DNA of 64,000 nt from Azolla caroliniana (GCA_043228905.1 JBHGNT010000006.1:16120001-16184000); one strand, 5' to 3'. Positions 25,640 through 39,640 are shown, numbered from the stretch's first letter. Numbers and translations: made by a program. Notes: generated by a model from the letters alone, not told the origin.

Positions 25640-28600
25640 TATTAACGTCTTCTAAGGCCAAAATTGGCCCATGAGACAAATGGTTTACAACAAAAATGGG
25701 ATATTTACCCATTCATCGAAGTAAAAATAAAAATAAGATGAAAAATAGAGTTTAAGCTAAATAGTTCTAAAAAATAACAAACATGTTTTATATAGAAACA
25801 TGTTCTACTACAATGAAAATGGTGTTATACAATTGTTATTTTCATTTCCATCCAAGTCTCTCGAAGAGAAGCGGAAGGTCAAAGGGTTGCGATGTGGATG
25901 TGGCCCGTGGTCCCCATGTAAAGAGAAAGGGAAGAAGAAGATGCCAGATTATGAAACCGGTAATGATGAGTCGGATCGGAGCGGATTTGACTCCGGAAAG
26001 GAAAATGACGGTTCTTCGGCAACGAAGACCGAACCGGCCAAGCAGGGCCTCAAACTTGGTAATACCAAGTTATGCTGGTCTTCCCGCCAGAGGAACCCCG
26101 TGACGCGGTACGAGTACAATGAGTACATGGCACATCACTATGCGTACATGACCAAGGTGGCGGAAGTGCGTGAGCTGGAGAGCTACGTAGAAGCGGCAAA
26201 GGACACACATTGGCGTGCCGCTATGGAGGAAGAGATGCGAGCACTTGATGCCAACGACTCATGGGACCTAGTTGACCCTCCCCGACACTGTAAACCGATC
26301 GGATATAAGTGGGTGTAGAAGATAAGGTACAATGCCGACAGTTCGGTTAACTGGTACAAGGCCCGGCTAGTGGCGAAAGGATATGCGCAGACCCACGGAA
26401 TCGACTACGACGAGACCTTCGTTCTGGTAGCGAAGATGACGACGGTTCGTGTGGTGCTAGCGGTTGTTGCGGCAAGGGGGTGGCATCTTCACCAAATGGA
26501 CATGAAGAATGCATTTCTTCAAGGCGATCTTGATGAAGAGGTCTTCATGACCCAACCCCCCGGTTTTCAGTCGGAGATGAACAAGTCGGCGGTATGCCGG
26601 CTGAAGAAGTCACTTTATGGCCTAAAGCAAGCCCCCCGAGCTTGGAATGCGAAGATTACGCACCAGTTGTGTAAGATGGGGTTTGCGGCCTCCAAATCCG
26701 ACTCTTCGTTGTTCATCCGGCAAGGTCCGGACGGTCCGGTTTGCATCTTGCTGTATGTTGATGATCTAGTCATCACCGGACCCGGACTCGATGAAATCAG
26801 CCGAGTCAAGTCCCAGTTGTTGGACGCATTTGAGATGAAGGACCTAGGGGACCTTCACTATTTCCTTGGGATCAAGGTGATCCGAATCCCCGACGGCATA
26901 TTGCTCTCACAAAGACACTATGTGTTGAATATGCTGTACAAGTTCGGCATGATAGAATGCCCACCTGTCTCAACACCCCTGGACCGGAACTAGAAGCTCT
27001 GTCCCAACTCCGGACCGGCCTGCGATGAGAAATGGTTTCGACAAATTGTCGGAAGCCTTATATATTTGACCATCACCCGACATGACATCAACTATCTGGT
27101 CGGTGTGATTAGCCAATTCATGCAGAAGCCAACCGTAGAGCATCTTCAGTGCGCGCACCGAATACTGTGGTATGTGAGTGGCACGAAGGACCGGGGACTG
27201 TTATACCGGCAAGGTATAACCGAAGAGCTAGTCGGTTACACGGATGCCAACTGGGCCGACGATGCATCAGATTGCCGATCAACTTCCGGTTGCATCTTTT
27301 CCCTAGGCAGCGCGACTATTGCGTGGAGCAGCAAAAAGCAGCCAACAGTGGCTCTGTCGAGCACTGAGGCTAAGTATCAGGGCGCTACCGTCGCCACCTA
27401 TGAAGCCATTTGGCATCGACGACTACTGCAAAGACCTACGGATCGAGGTACCGACCCCAATCCTGATCTACTGCAACAATATGAGCATCATGCAGCTTGC
27501 CAAGAACCCCGTGTTCCATGCTCGCACAAAGCACATAGAAGTGCATTATCACTTCGTGTGTGAGCGGGTCCTGAGCGGTGAAGTAGAACTTCGGTATGTT
27601 CATACGGATCGGCAAGTTGCCGACATCTTCACCAAACCGCTCAGATCAGACAAGTTGCAGCACTTCACTGAAATGCTTGGTGTTCAACATCTCGATGTGC
27701 CACACTTGAGGGGGAGAACGGGCAAAGGCAAAGAGACTGTCGATTGCACCGGTAAGGGAAGAACCGACAAAGGGGGAGACAAGAAGAAGAAAGGAGTTGA
27801 GTCGACAAAGGAAGTTGACACATCCGAACAAGTCGGAATAAGCGGTAGAGTCAAGAAGGACAGAGCCGACTGGAAGAAGAAGGCCAAGACCCGGACATGG
27901 TCCGATGTGGTGAAGGGCCTGGAACCAGAAGATGAATCGGGAGCGACCGATTTGGACAAGAGTTGGAACGAATCGGAGACAACCGATTCGGTTCAACAAA
28001 CGGATTCGGAAGAACCGGATCAATTCAAGGCCAAGAGGACGGGAAGGTAGCCAAAGTCGAAGCTAACACGAAGGAATCGTTGAATTGGCATGTGTCGAAG
28101 TCACAATAGCGAGGGAGTTGAATTGGGCCTATTGAGCAGAAGAGCTGACCGAGAAGGTCGAGGTGCGCAAAACAAGAGGGGTCGCGACAAATAGAATTGG
28201 ACCGGACGATGTGCGCGAGCGAGGCGGAGTGACGCCAGAAGGACCGGTTGCCACAGACGTTGACACTACGACCAGAACTCAAGTTGAGCTTGAGGGGGAC
28301 TGTTGAGCGGCAAGCTGAACTGGAGCCTGATCGGCTGAATAAGCCTGAGCCGGTGAGCGAGACGGATCGGTGAGCCGGTGAGCACCCGGTGAGCAAAAGA
28401 ACCGGTGAGCTGGGGAGTCGGTTAGCCGGATCCAACAGTAACTGGAAGCCTAGTAATAGCTTAGATTACTAGGTAGTTATTGTCTCGTAGTTAGTGTCAA
28501 ACGCTTGTGTGAGCATTGAAGTACATTATACTTTTGTCAGTCCCATGAGGACTTGTATAAATAGTGCTATTGAGCACGTTGTATGTACAGAGTGTTGATA

Positions 28601-28732
28601 TAATTTTTGAATTTAGATTCTTGTTCTGCTCTTTTTGTCTCTCCCAAGTATTCTCTGTATTCTGTGTATTACTCTCTCTCTCTCTCTCTCTCTCTCTACT
28701 GCTATGCAGCCAAGCTGTTTTACGCTTCCACA
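22592..28732 (+). mobile_element. Ty1/copia element K (same family as C) nested in the LINE, degenerate
   Basis: LTRs 22592-23054 and 28301-28732. TSD CATCT at 22587-22591 and 28733-28737. PBS TGGTATCAGAGC 23055-23066; PPT TTGAGGGGGAC before 28301. gag-pol broken by stops. Confidence 0.95.
25614..25919 (-). mobile_element. About 300-bp 3' fragment of the same LINE family inserted in copia K pol
   Basis: Reverse complement resembles 29370-29835, with a (GAAA)n tail at the left end. It interrupts the K pol motif TRKEKGKKK and is flanked by a short AAAGA duplication. Confidence 0.8.
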
Positions 28733-30144
28733 CATCTAAAATGTTTTACTATAAGGAACACTTCTTGCACTTCTCTCAGTTAGGTTTTATTACACGACCA
28801 AGATATCTAGATACATTCTTATCAAATGCACTAAGGGTTGCCATTGGACAACTTAGGATATCATCTCACCAACTTGAGATTGAGAATGGTCGTGCTAATA
28901 GAGTCCCTAGGGAGGAAAGACTACGTAGGTTGTGCCACATATAGATAGAGGATGAATATCACTTCACATGCAAGTGCCCAACTTATGCCAAGATACAAGT
29001 GGACTACCAAGATATATTAGGACCCTCTCCCACCCTCTCCAAACTATTAGATACCCTGGATGTAAAGAGACTAGGTAGGTATATCTTAAAGCTAAAACAA
29101 CATAGGGAGAATAAATTACAAAGTGTTAACCATAACCCTTTTGCTATTCATCAACTTGTAACTAGTGTATTTTTTCAGGAACAAGGGGAGACGGTGAATG
29201 TGGATACACTTACGCCACTCGGCCTCTCTCTTGAGGAAGCCGAAATGCAAAGAACAACCAAACGCCCTCGGATGTTGGGCTTCAAAACCAGTCGACACGG
29301 AGTAGAAAGGATTAAGAAGATAAGGGAACGTGAGCTACGTCGACTAGAAGCTATGGTTGGGGTACCTTTTACATTGGGGCCACGGGCCACGGGCCACCTC
29401 CACATCGAAACCCTTTGACCTCCCACTTCTCTTCGAGAGACTTGGATGGAAATGAAATTAGGCTTAGTATAACATCATTTTCATTGTAGAACATGTTTGT
29501 TATTTTATTTTTATTTTTTACTTTCGATGAATGGGTAAATATCCCATTTTTTGTTGTAAACCATTTGTCTCATGGGTCAATTTTGGCCTCAGAAGATGTT
29601 AATATATCTTTCTTTCTTTTTCCTCATGTAAATGAAATTAGGCTTAGTATAACATCATTTTCATTGTAGAACGTGTTTGTTATTTTATTTTACAAAAACT
29701 ATTTAGCTTAAAACTCTATTTTTATTTTTATTTTTTACTTTCAATGAATGGGTAAATATCCCATTTTTTGTTGTAAACCATTTGTCTCATGGGTCAATTT
29801 TGGCCTCAGAAGACGTTAATATATCTTTCTTTCTTTCTCATGCTTTATGTACAACGATGATACAACAACTCACCTCACGTCATCACTAAAGTGATTGCCC
29901 TAAGTCATATTTACACTTATATGACTTTTGGGCTATTTACAAATATAGCCCCAATGGGCTTATCCTAACATATTTACAAATATGTCCTTGGATCCGGCTC
30001 ACACCGGATCCATCCGGATTCACTAGTTCCGGTTTTTGGATCTTATCTAGAACCCTTCCGAATCTGGCTTCTTCATCCGGCTCATCCAATCCGGCTCCTT
30101 CGGTTCTCATCCGGATCCCATCCGGAGGGACTGAATTCCCAACA

Positions 30145-31529
30145 GAGTGGAGGTGTATGATCTGACGACGATCTATTGTGACAACCTCAACAACATCCAG
30201 TTGGCAAAGAACCCCTTCTTTCATGCCCGGACTAAGCACATCGAGGTGCACTATCATTTTGTCTGAGAGTGCGTTCTCTCTGGTGAAGTGGAACTGCTGC
30301 ATGTTCTGATGGATCGGTAGGTGGCCGATATCTTCACCAAACCCCTCGGCTTAGAGAAGTTGTGGCAATTTTCCGGTGCATTGGGTGTGCAATACCTTGA
30401 TATGCTGAACTTGAGGGGGAGGAATGAAAGGAGGGATGAGAAAGAAGACCGGAAAGGCGAGTCGGAAACCGATTTCGACTTCGGCCTGACTGAAGAAGTC
30501 AGAGAGTGCACGGGTCAGCTGTGGAAGCCAAAACCGGACGTAGGGGGAGCCACTAGAACGGAAAGCCCATGCTGGAGACAACCAAAGTAGGGGGAGACAA
30601 GAATAAAAAGGAAGCCAAGTTGATTGAAGAAGTTCGCACATCCGATAAAGTCAGAACAAGCGGTATGGCAACGGAGTCAAGAAGGACAGAGCCAATCGGA
30701 AGGCCAAGACCTGGACATGGTCCGATGTGGTAAAGGGCCTAAAGATTGAGGATGAACTGGAGACGACCAATTCGGACAAGAGCTGGAATGAATCGGAGGC
30801 ACCGGATTCGGAAGAGGTGATTTATTCAGAAAAGCCGGATCAACTCAAGGCCAAACGGACGAGGAGGCAGCGGAAGTCGACATAGACACAGAGGAACCAA
30901 CAGGTCGAGAGGTGCCAGAGTTGCAACAACATAGGAGATGAGATGGGCCTTATGAGTAGACAAGCCGAATGAGAAGGTCGAGGTGCGCGGTACCGAACGG
31001 GTTTTGGAAAGCGGAGCCAGATGGGTCGAGGAGCGTGAGCAAGGCGGCAGAACGCCAGGAGGAGCCGGAGAGAAGAACCAGTGACCATAGACAAAGACAC
31101 TGCGATCCAACCTCAAGTTGAGCTTGAGGGGGATTGTTGAGCGGACAAGCTCAACAAAATCTGGATTGGTTGAACAAGCCAGAACCGGATCGGTGTCCGG
31201 AACCAAGAACTGGATCAGATTGTAACTGGTAGGCCGTTAGAGGCCTACGAATCTAGCCTAGTGTGTAGGCATATTTTTAGGAGTTAGTGTCAATCGTTCG
31301 TATGAGCATTGAAGTTCTTGTCAGTACTTCTGTCAATCCTCTTTAGGAGTTGTATAAAAGTTCTCACAGAGCACATTGAATGTACAGAGTGTTGTTATTT
31401 TGAATTGTGATATATTGTTCTGCTCTCTCTGTCTCTCCTGCTCTTAGTCTCTGTGATTCAAGCTTCCATTAAACATTGTCTTTGTTTTCTGTTGCTATCC
31501 GGATAAACCAGTTTGTCAAAGCTTCCACA
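30145..31529 (+). mobile_element. Copia A 3' part: RNase H end, 3' extension, PPT and 3' LTR (31135-31529)
   Basis: IYCDN...AKNP..HARTKHIEVHYHFV resumes after the GAGTG TSD; TTGAGGGGGAT is followed by an LTR running TGTTGAGCGG...CTTCCACA. Confidence 0.88.
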
Positions 31530-32599
31530 CATTAATTTCGACACTTACCTATGCCACTCTATTCTCTATTGAGCCATCACTTGGCTGATTTTATGGGATG
31601 TGGTGATCTTGAGGAGGTGCATGTCGATTATTCGAGGGTTTCTTGCCTTATGCAATGCTTAATGTTTCATACACCTAATTGATTATTATTCTAATTATTT
31701 TCTAATTACACAAGTTTTCGTCTCCCTTTCTTAAGATTTTCATCTACCCACCCACACTTCACTGTTTTTTAACCCTTAATTTTTATGTTCAACTACACTA
31801 TTTACGTGTGTTTCCCTATCGGGTAACGATTTTGTGTAGTCTATTTTTTTCGTATTGAGTGAGCATCATGCCACCTTTTAAATATTTTTTCCAAAGTGTC
31901 CTCTAGGTTTAACTCATGTAATTGAGCCTTAGAACTCGATTAAAAACACATGAGTTCCCCTATTGATGTTTAAATACTGATAAATTTGAGTACTACATCT
32001 TTGCGCACAGCACCACCACCATTTGTATCAACTTTTGGCTTATGTCACAATTGTGCAAATTACATTCGCCATATTGGGATGGATATGTGCATATCTCGCA
32101 ACATCCATTTATTTGTGGTATTTTTGTTTCGTAGACAACGCATGGGTTTTTGAACCTGGTTTTTGTCACTTCTTGACTCTTATAGGTAGTGACTTATTTT
32201 TCTCATTTTTTCATAGCATTTGCTTGCTACTCGCAAGACTAGAATATTACTTGTGAGTGCACTTGTTTTTGCACGTAATACACTTTCTCGACCATATCAA
32301 TACATGCTGAGTTGGCATTTTAATATAAGGCTAACTAGGAAATTACATTGATGCTAGAACCATGGTTGAGCCCCGGAGAGCCGCCATGATTATTCAAGAT
32401 AGAGATCCGAGAAAGACATCTTAGCTATGTTTGCCCCCATGGTTTTTAAAACACCATAGTGTTACCATAGTTATCGGATCTCGAATCACATCTCATATGT
32501 CTAGAGGGGTAAAGACGTGAGATGCTTTCTTGGTAAAGTTCTTCCAATCAAAATTTCAAGCATTCATTTTGCTTGTGTATTTTCTGAACCTCATTTATA

Positions 32600-33357
32600 T
32601 TGCATAACCACAACTTGCATGATGGAACAAATTTTGAAGTTGTTGGAGCAATCTCTCTGACCGAGACCTCTCAACTCCAATCAACATCTCGCACACAAGT
32701 TGAGATCACTATTGAGCAACTGCTCATTACTACCTTGAATCAATTGGCCGAAATGAGGCAAACCAATATGACTTTGGAAAAGAAATTCCAAGAATTGACT
32801 ATTGAGTCCAAGAAAGAAGGCAAACCTTCTTTCGTAGTCATGCCATTCAAGGGAGATAAGAAAGAAAGAACCGTGGAGGCCATTAGCACTTGGCTTGGTC
32901 GTTGAGAGTCTCACTTTGAGCTCCATCCCAAGCCCAATGCTATAAAAATTGCTTATGTCGGTTGTGAGTTAGGTGGCTGAGCTGCTGCTTGGTGGTGCGG
33001 CCTAAAGACTACAAAGAACTTGCCCACAACTTGGGAAGGTTTCGTCGATGTTTTTAAGAAATGGTTCTTGCAACCACCTTCTCAAACCAAACAAGCGCAA
33101 AACTTTCTCACATTGTCAAGCAAGCCATTTACCTCTCTAGAGGATTATGTGCATCATGCTCGGACTTAGATCCAAAAGATCGGGACTTGCGGGTTAGAAA
33201 TGGTTTGTCGCTTGTTTTTTTGAATGGTATTCCCAATGGGGATTACCATTGGATTGTCCATGACAAGGACCCCAAAACTTTTGAGGAAGCCATCAACATT
33301 GTACTTTCGTACCATAGGACTTCCACTTTCGTACCATAGGACCACAATAAACCTGAG
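32600..33357 (+). pseudogene. Degenerate gypsy-type gag remnant
   Basis: Coiled-coil stretch followed by PFKGD...AISTWL...KIAYV..ELGG*AAAWW...LPTTWEGFV and PKTFEEAI, with stops and frameshifts. Cut by an LTR at 33358. Confidence 0.55.
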
Positions 33358-35819
33358 TGTTGAGCAGACAAGCTCAACTTGATCTGGATCGGCTGAGTAA
33401 GCCAGAGCCGGATCGGTATTCGGAACCAAAGCCGGATCGGAGGGCCGGAGTCACATGCGAACCGGTAGGCCATTGGAGGTCTACATTCCTAGACTGCTAG
33501 GTAGTTATCCTAGGAGTTAGTGTTAGTAGCTCAGTACGAGCATTGAAGTACTTGTCAATACTTCTGTCAGTCCTTTATGGACTTGTATAAAAGTGGTCAT
33601 TGAGCACATTATATGTACCTTCTTTGAGTAATTTGAAATTGAGTTTTGTTCTGCTCTCTCTGTCTCTCCCGTGTACTCTCTGTGTGTGATTGAAGGTTAC
33701 ATTAAACCTGCACAATATTTATGTTAATATCCGGTGAAGTCGGTGAAGTCTACAAGCTTCCGCATGCATTTCTTTACATGGTATAAGAGCGCGAGGGTTA
33801 GAACATCCTTTGCTACTGACAAGTGCTTTTGAAACAGAGGAAACCTAACTTCCAGTAAGAACAGACAGAAAAGAAAAGAAATGGACAAGGGGATGGCAAG
33901 TTTGCTTCCGACTGAGAAGCTCGATAGGAACAACTATGCATCTTGATCGTACTAGATGCACCAGTACCTACTGAGACACAGGTACTAGAGTTATGTTGAT
34001 GGAGCAAGCAAGGTAGCACCAGAGCTAGCACACAAGGTCTTCCTAGCATGGGAGCAAGGAGCGAGGAGAGTGTTGTACTGCCTCGTGTCTTGACTGCATG
34101 ATCAGATGCTCGGCTACATTAGAGATGCAAAGTCGTTGAAGGAGGCCTGAGATAATCTCAAAAAGATTTTTGCCACCAACACCACAACCCGTAAGTTGTA
34201 GCTCTAGCAAGAACTCAACAACATCCGCTAGAGGGACATGTCGGTTACGAACTACACCACCAAGATCAAGGATATCTGCGACGCACTAGGGTCCATCAAC
34301 GTGATGGTGGACGAAGACAATATGGTTCAGATTTTCCTCGGCTGTCTAACGCAAAGATACGGGCCTATCCGGACAACGATTTGCACCTGGGAGAAACCAC
34401 CGTCCTTCTTCGACCTACAATTGATGCTAATGGTTGAGGAAAACCACGCGAGTGGGTCGAGGACCACTCGATCGGAAAATTGGATGTCGAACACCGAGGT
34501 GGATCGGCCCCATGGGTGTGGAGGATGAGTTGGGTCGGCATGCAATAGTGGCATCCGACAAGAGTAGAATCGGACGCATAGGAATAGTGCTAACAACAGT
34601 TCCAGACCCTCCGCAAGCAGGGGGAGTCAAGGCGGTGCCGGAAACCGGGAGTTGAAGGCCGATACGGAATGTTAGTATTGTGGCAAGAAAGGCCACTAGG
34701 AGAGCGAGTCCTGGAAGAAACACGCCGATTCGGATAAATAAGGATTTGGTAAGATCGGGCAAGGGAACCGGCAAAGTCGCATTACGTCGAAGGATAAGAA
34801 AGATCCCAAACTGGAAAAGGGCCAGCCTTTGTGATGAAACACGAGGCGAACTCAATGAAGAAGACCACTTTCGAATCAGAGGAATTGTGGTACGTTGACT
34901 CTGGAGCATCGAACCACATGACGAGCCACGAAGAGTGGTTCTCATATCTAGAAAAACCGGAGCAACCAGGAGTTGTCAAAACCAAAGACGACACTCCTCA
35001 CCTGATCAAGCATGTCAGAGAAATCCCTTTGAGTCATGTCGAACAAAAGGGAAAGCTAATGAATGTTTTACATGTTCTGACAATCACGAAGAACCTGGTG
35101 TTGGTCGGACAGATCGTCGACCAGGGGATGCAAGTGCAGTTTACGTACCTCGGGTGCTTTATCGAGGAAGAAGTCTAAGTCATCACGCAAGGGCGCTGGG
35201 ACGGGAGGATGTTTTTCCTCGACACCAATGACATCGGCACCGCTTTGTTCGAAGAAGGTTAGAAAGTCGAGTCAGATATCGACTTGTGGCACAAGCGGAT
35301 CGTCCACGTAAATTATTAGAGGCTTTAGGACTTGTAGTCAAAACAGGTTGTGTTCGGGCTGCCAAAATTTAGTGGCCGGAAGGCCCAAATTTGTGAAGCC
35401 TGCCAACTTGGGAAGCAACACCAGCTTCCATTCCCCACCGACTTTATAAGTTCGTAACAAGCTCGACTTAATACATTCAGATGTATGGGAACCGACACAG
35501 AACGTTAGTCTTGCCAGGAGCCAATATTTCGTCTCCTTTATCGATGACTATAGCCAACACACATGGATCTACCTGATCGAAAAGAAAAGTGAAGTTTTCA
35601 ATTGTTTCTAGAACTTACAAAATTTAATCGAACGGAGAGAAAGATCAAGTGCCTGCGGTTGAATGGCGAAAAAGAATAATTTTTTGACCAATTCAATAGT
35701 TATTTGCACCAGACGATACACACCGGAATAAAACAACATAGATGAGAGGAAGAACCGGTTGAGTGTCAAAGCGGCACGAGCAATGCTGGAGGAGAAGAGC
35801 ATGCCCAAGTTCTACTAGG
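33358..35819 (+). mobile_element. Truncated copia H (5' LTR, gag, protease, partial integrase), C/K family
   Basis: LTR 33358-33778; PBS TGGTATAAGAGC 33779-33790; degenerate gag and WYVDSGASNHMT; ends at the gypsy LTR starting 35820. Confidence 0.85.
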
Positions 35820-38018
35820 TGTCATAATATGGCAAGATTCGAACTCTTGACCTTATGTTACAGGAGTCGAGCTCTTGACCATTAGATTATATATTGTAAT
35901 ACAAAGGATATTATTTTCATTTAAGTTTTACTATAGAAAATTGATGCATATTCCAGATTTCTTTGGAACATTCTAGAAACTTCAGGAGTACTCTTGAGAA
36001 CACTATAAAAGGAGGCACAAGGCATTATTTCGAACCAAATTGGTTCAACGCCAGTCTTAAACCTCTGAGTCATCCTTGTATATTCTTTCACATAATATAT
36101 TGTTGTCATCATCACTCACTCACTCACTCACACTCTCTCTCTCTCTTCTTCTCTCGAGTGTTCTACATCCTCTTTTCCTCTTAGTACTAATATTCATCTC
36201 TTAGTACTAATTTCATTTTTGTCTTAGTACTATTCTTAACAGTTTGAACTGATTTTTTCCTCCTCTCCTCTTCCTTTTATCTTTTTACGTCTCCCTCCCT
36301 TCATACCAATATCTTATTCCTCTTTTCTCTCATCCTATTGGCCATTGTTAGCGCTCAAGAATATCAATCCGTTTTCTCGGAGTTGCAATGTTTGAAAGAG
36401 AAGTTCCTTGCTTTGGAACAAGAAAATCAATGGTTGTGGGGATTCTTCAGCAAATCTCCTTAGAAAAGCAGCAGATGTAACGACAACATGGGGAACTAGC
36501 GTTACGCGTGCAACAACTGAAGCAACCATTGTAGCAATACAACAAGAAGGACCCAATATGCAAGGGATTCATAAAGAACCCAAGATTGTCCTTCCCATGA
36601 AATTTGATGGAACGCGATCACAGTTTAGAGGATTCCTTAATCTGGTACGATTAGTCATTCAAATGCATCCTTCCCGATATCCCACCGATGCATCACAAGT
36701 GGGTTTAGTAGGCACGTTGTTAAGTGGCTCAACTTTGGCATGGTTCGCTACGTTGTTAGAAAAGGAATCTCCATTACTAAACAATTTTGAAGAGTTTATA
36801 AGTGAGTTTAAAGCCTATTTTGGAGCTACTGACAACATAATGACAACAATCAACAAAATCTGATGATTACGTCAAGGTGATCGTCCAGCCTCCGCATACG
36901 CTGCAGATTTCTGTCTACTCGCCTCCAATATCTCCTGGGATGATCAAGCATTAACAAAGCAATTTTGTTATGGTCTGCGTAACGATGTCAAGGATTTACT
37001 CTTGACCTTCCCTGAAGAACCAACGTCATTAACAGAAGTTATCAGTCGCGCGGTGAGAGGTGACAACCGCCTTTTCGAACGACGTTTGGAACGGCAATTC
37101 CAGATGCCGAGGTTAAGATCAGAGCTCACATACGCCTCAGTGGTAACAAAACCTTTTTCGAGGGAGTCATATAATGCGTCTCCAGTGAATACTCCGACTG
37201 TGATGGAGATTGACACTACACGTCATCGCGGACCATTAGCGGAAGAGGAAAAGCAGCGACGCCTAGCAAACACATTATGTCTTTATTGTGGTGGACCAGG
37301 GCATATTGCAGTGAACTGTCCCCATAGGCCAAGAAGACAGGTAAACCAAATAGTTGCTAGTTCTAATTGTACTAAACCCAAGTCTATTTCAGTAGGAATA
37401 TCTGATAGTCCTAATAGTACTAATAACGCAAATCTATTGAACAAATTTGATGTCCTTAGTCAGTTAGAAGAAGAGTTCAACGACTAAGTCCAGCCAAAAT
37501 AGGAGCAGTTTGGTTGGACAACCCTAGATCTGTGCAGCCCTTTAGTGGTTCCATTCCCTCTAAGCAAGTTAGAAATGTGTTCTTAGCTCAAGTAACCATT
37601 AGTACTAAAAGTATCCCTCCAGTACATGTCTTAACACTCCTAGATTCTGGAGCTAATTCTTGCTTCATGGATAGGAATTTTGCCCAAGCTCATTAGATAT
37701 CTGTAAGAAAACTCCTGTGTCCAGCCTCTGTAGTAGTCATTGATGGTCGTCCCATTGCTTCCGGAAATATCATAGAAGAGTCAGAGCTAGTTAATATTTC
37801 CCTAGATAACTTAGCATGTGTAGTGTCATTTAATATAATTAGTATCCCAAAACATGGTTCGAATTACATAACCCAGACATAGATTGGAGAACAAGAGAAA
37901 TCCGGTATCGACAAACCCGAGGATCTACTCATAAGATTGCAACCATTTCACTACGTTAGTTGCATGAGGAAGGACGCAAGGAAGAAATGTTTCTCTTCGT
38001 TGTATCAGTAAAACCCTC
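35820..38018 (+). mobile_element. Truncated, degenerate relative of the 9233-14897 chromovirus (5' LTR, gag, protease)
   Basis: LTR 35820-36241 resembles the reverse complement of 14469-14897; gag pieces 36408-37487 (CLYCGGPGHIAVNC); LLDSGANSCF at 37514-37696. Confidence 0.88.
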
Positions 38019-38531
38019 TGTGAAAGTTAGCGTTGTCGTGAAAATCTGTCACTATGTGCGGATCGTGAGACGGAACCGCCGGGGTTTTGGACTAGAAGGA
38101 TTTAGTGCAACACGTACAACACAAGCAAGTTTTAAGCATAAGACAAGTGGGAGAGACAAATCATTCATTTATTGCAAAAGAAGATCGATTCTTTATAATT
38201 TCATAATCGTGTTACAATGGGTTGGGTATGGAAATGAGAGATTAATTTTTCAAAGAAAGGAGCCAACAACCATGCAAGGAGTGGTCCGATATGAATATGA
38301 GAGATAATTTTTGATAAGAAAGATCAAGTCCCCAAAGCTAGGAGTTTGATATCAATATGTGAGATAATTTGTTTCTCGAAAACCCAGCGAGAAGAAGAAG
38401 GAAGAAGGGGGGAAAAAAAACTAGGAGAGAAAAAATGGGACATATATCGAGCTCGTCGTTGATCCTCCTCCCCAATGTTACTTTGCATGCCCACTTTTAG
38501 TTGGATGGCCTCTATTTTTAGTTGCAAGCTT

Positions 38532-39147
38532 CCATTTTTAGATGCATGCCTTTTACTTTTAGTTGCATGGCCTTGGCTTTTGGTTGCATGCGATTGTCCG
38601 TATAATTCGGCCAAATGACACAATCATCCATAAAGTTTAGCCCGTTCGCAATCCGTACGTGCATCGCAACCAAACCGTAGACGCGTCCGCGCGCAAAAGT
38701 CCCGACCGCGTAGTAGTGTACGCATCCACGCGCGCGCGTCCATTTTTAGATGCATGCCTTTTACTTTTAGTTGCATGGCCTTGGCTTTTGGTTGCATGCG
38801 ATTGTCCGTATAATTCGGCCAAATGACACAATCATCCATAAAGTTTAGCCCGTTCGCAATCCGTACGTGCATCGCAACCAAACCGTAGACGCGTCCGCGC
38901 GCAAAAGTCCCGACCGCGTAGTAGTGTACGCATCCACGCGCGCGCGTCCATTTTTAGATGCATGCCTTTTACTTTTAGTTGCATGGCCTTGGCTTTTGGT
39001 TGCATGCGATTGTCCGTATAATTCGGCCAAATGACACAATCATCCATAAAGTTTAGCCCGTTCGCAATCCGTACGTGCATCGCAACCAAACCGTAGACGC
39101 GTCCACGCGCAAAAGTCCCGACCGCGTAGTAGTGTACGCATCCACGC
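38532..39147. repeat. 208-bp tandem repeat, about 3 near-identical copies
   Basis: Identical ORFs at 38637 and 38845 (offset 208); the unit CCATTTTTAGATGCATGCC... recurs near 38532, 38740 and 38948. Confidence 0.9.
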
Positions 39148-39189
39148 ATGTGCGCGTCCCGACCGCGCCGTAGTGTACGCATCCACGTG

Positions 39190-39640
39190 CACGCACGTCC
39201 AACCCGCACCGTGTACGCATCTGCGCGCAAAAGTCTCAACCGCGCCGTAGTGTACACATCCACGCATGCGCGCGTGCGCACACACGTGTCCGCGCGCTCG
39301 TCCATACATATGCGTCCATCCGAAACGTCCACGCGTACGCCCGAAACTTGCACACGCGTGTACATCCGAAGATGTCCATGCGCGCGTATGTCCGAAAACA
39401 TCCACACGACCATGCACACGCGCGTACAACCCGCACCGTGTACGCATCTGCGCGCAAAAGTCTCGACCCCGCCGTAGTGTACACATCCACGCATGCGCGC
39501 GTGCACACACACACGTCCGTGCGCTCGTCCGCACATATGCGTCCATCCGAAACGTCCACGCGTACGCCCGAAACTTGCACACGCGTGTACATCCGAAGAT
39601 GTCCATGCGCGCGTACGTCCGAAAACATCGTGCACACCAC
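39190..39640. repeat. 227-bp tandem duplication rich in alternating purine-pyrimidine
   Basis: AACCCGCACCGTGTACGCATCTGCGCGCAAAAG occurs at 39201 and 39428. Confidence 0.85.

Larger units (their letters stand above)
22034..29835 (+). mobile_element. 5'-truncated non-LTR retrotransposon (LINE) in the 5' LTR of B, split by copia K
   Basis: ORF2 C-terminal pieces at 22163-22543 and about 28740-29418, with LRISSHQLEIENGR...C..IEDEYHFTCKCPTY (zinc-finger-like). AT-rich 3' UTR present twice (about 29450-29620 and 29630-29835), each ending in (TTTC)n. Inserted at the LTR (CT)n tract; ends approximate. Confidence 0.75.
685..30144 (-). mobile_element. Ty1/copia element B (Tnt1/Tork-like), full-length but degenerate and multiply interrupted
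   Basis: TSD GAGTG at 680-684 and 30145-30149. 3' LTR 685-1247 with adjacent PPT (plus strand AACTCCCCCTTCACTC). PBS TGGTATAAGAG on minus within 21761-21774. gag at 21422-21751; remaining gag-pol pieces at 20957-21420, 14898-15467, 8450-9232 and 1260-3109 (LLYVDDML in ORF 2207-2716). Confidence 0.92.

Noticed and set aside
31530-32600. Possible LTR or leader of the gypsy remnant at 32600
   Set aside because: No terminus, PBS or second copy could be identified; left unannotated.
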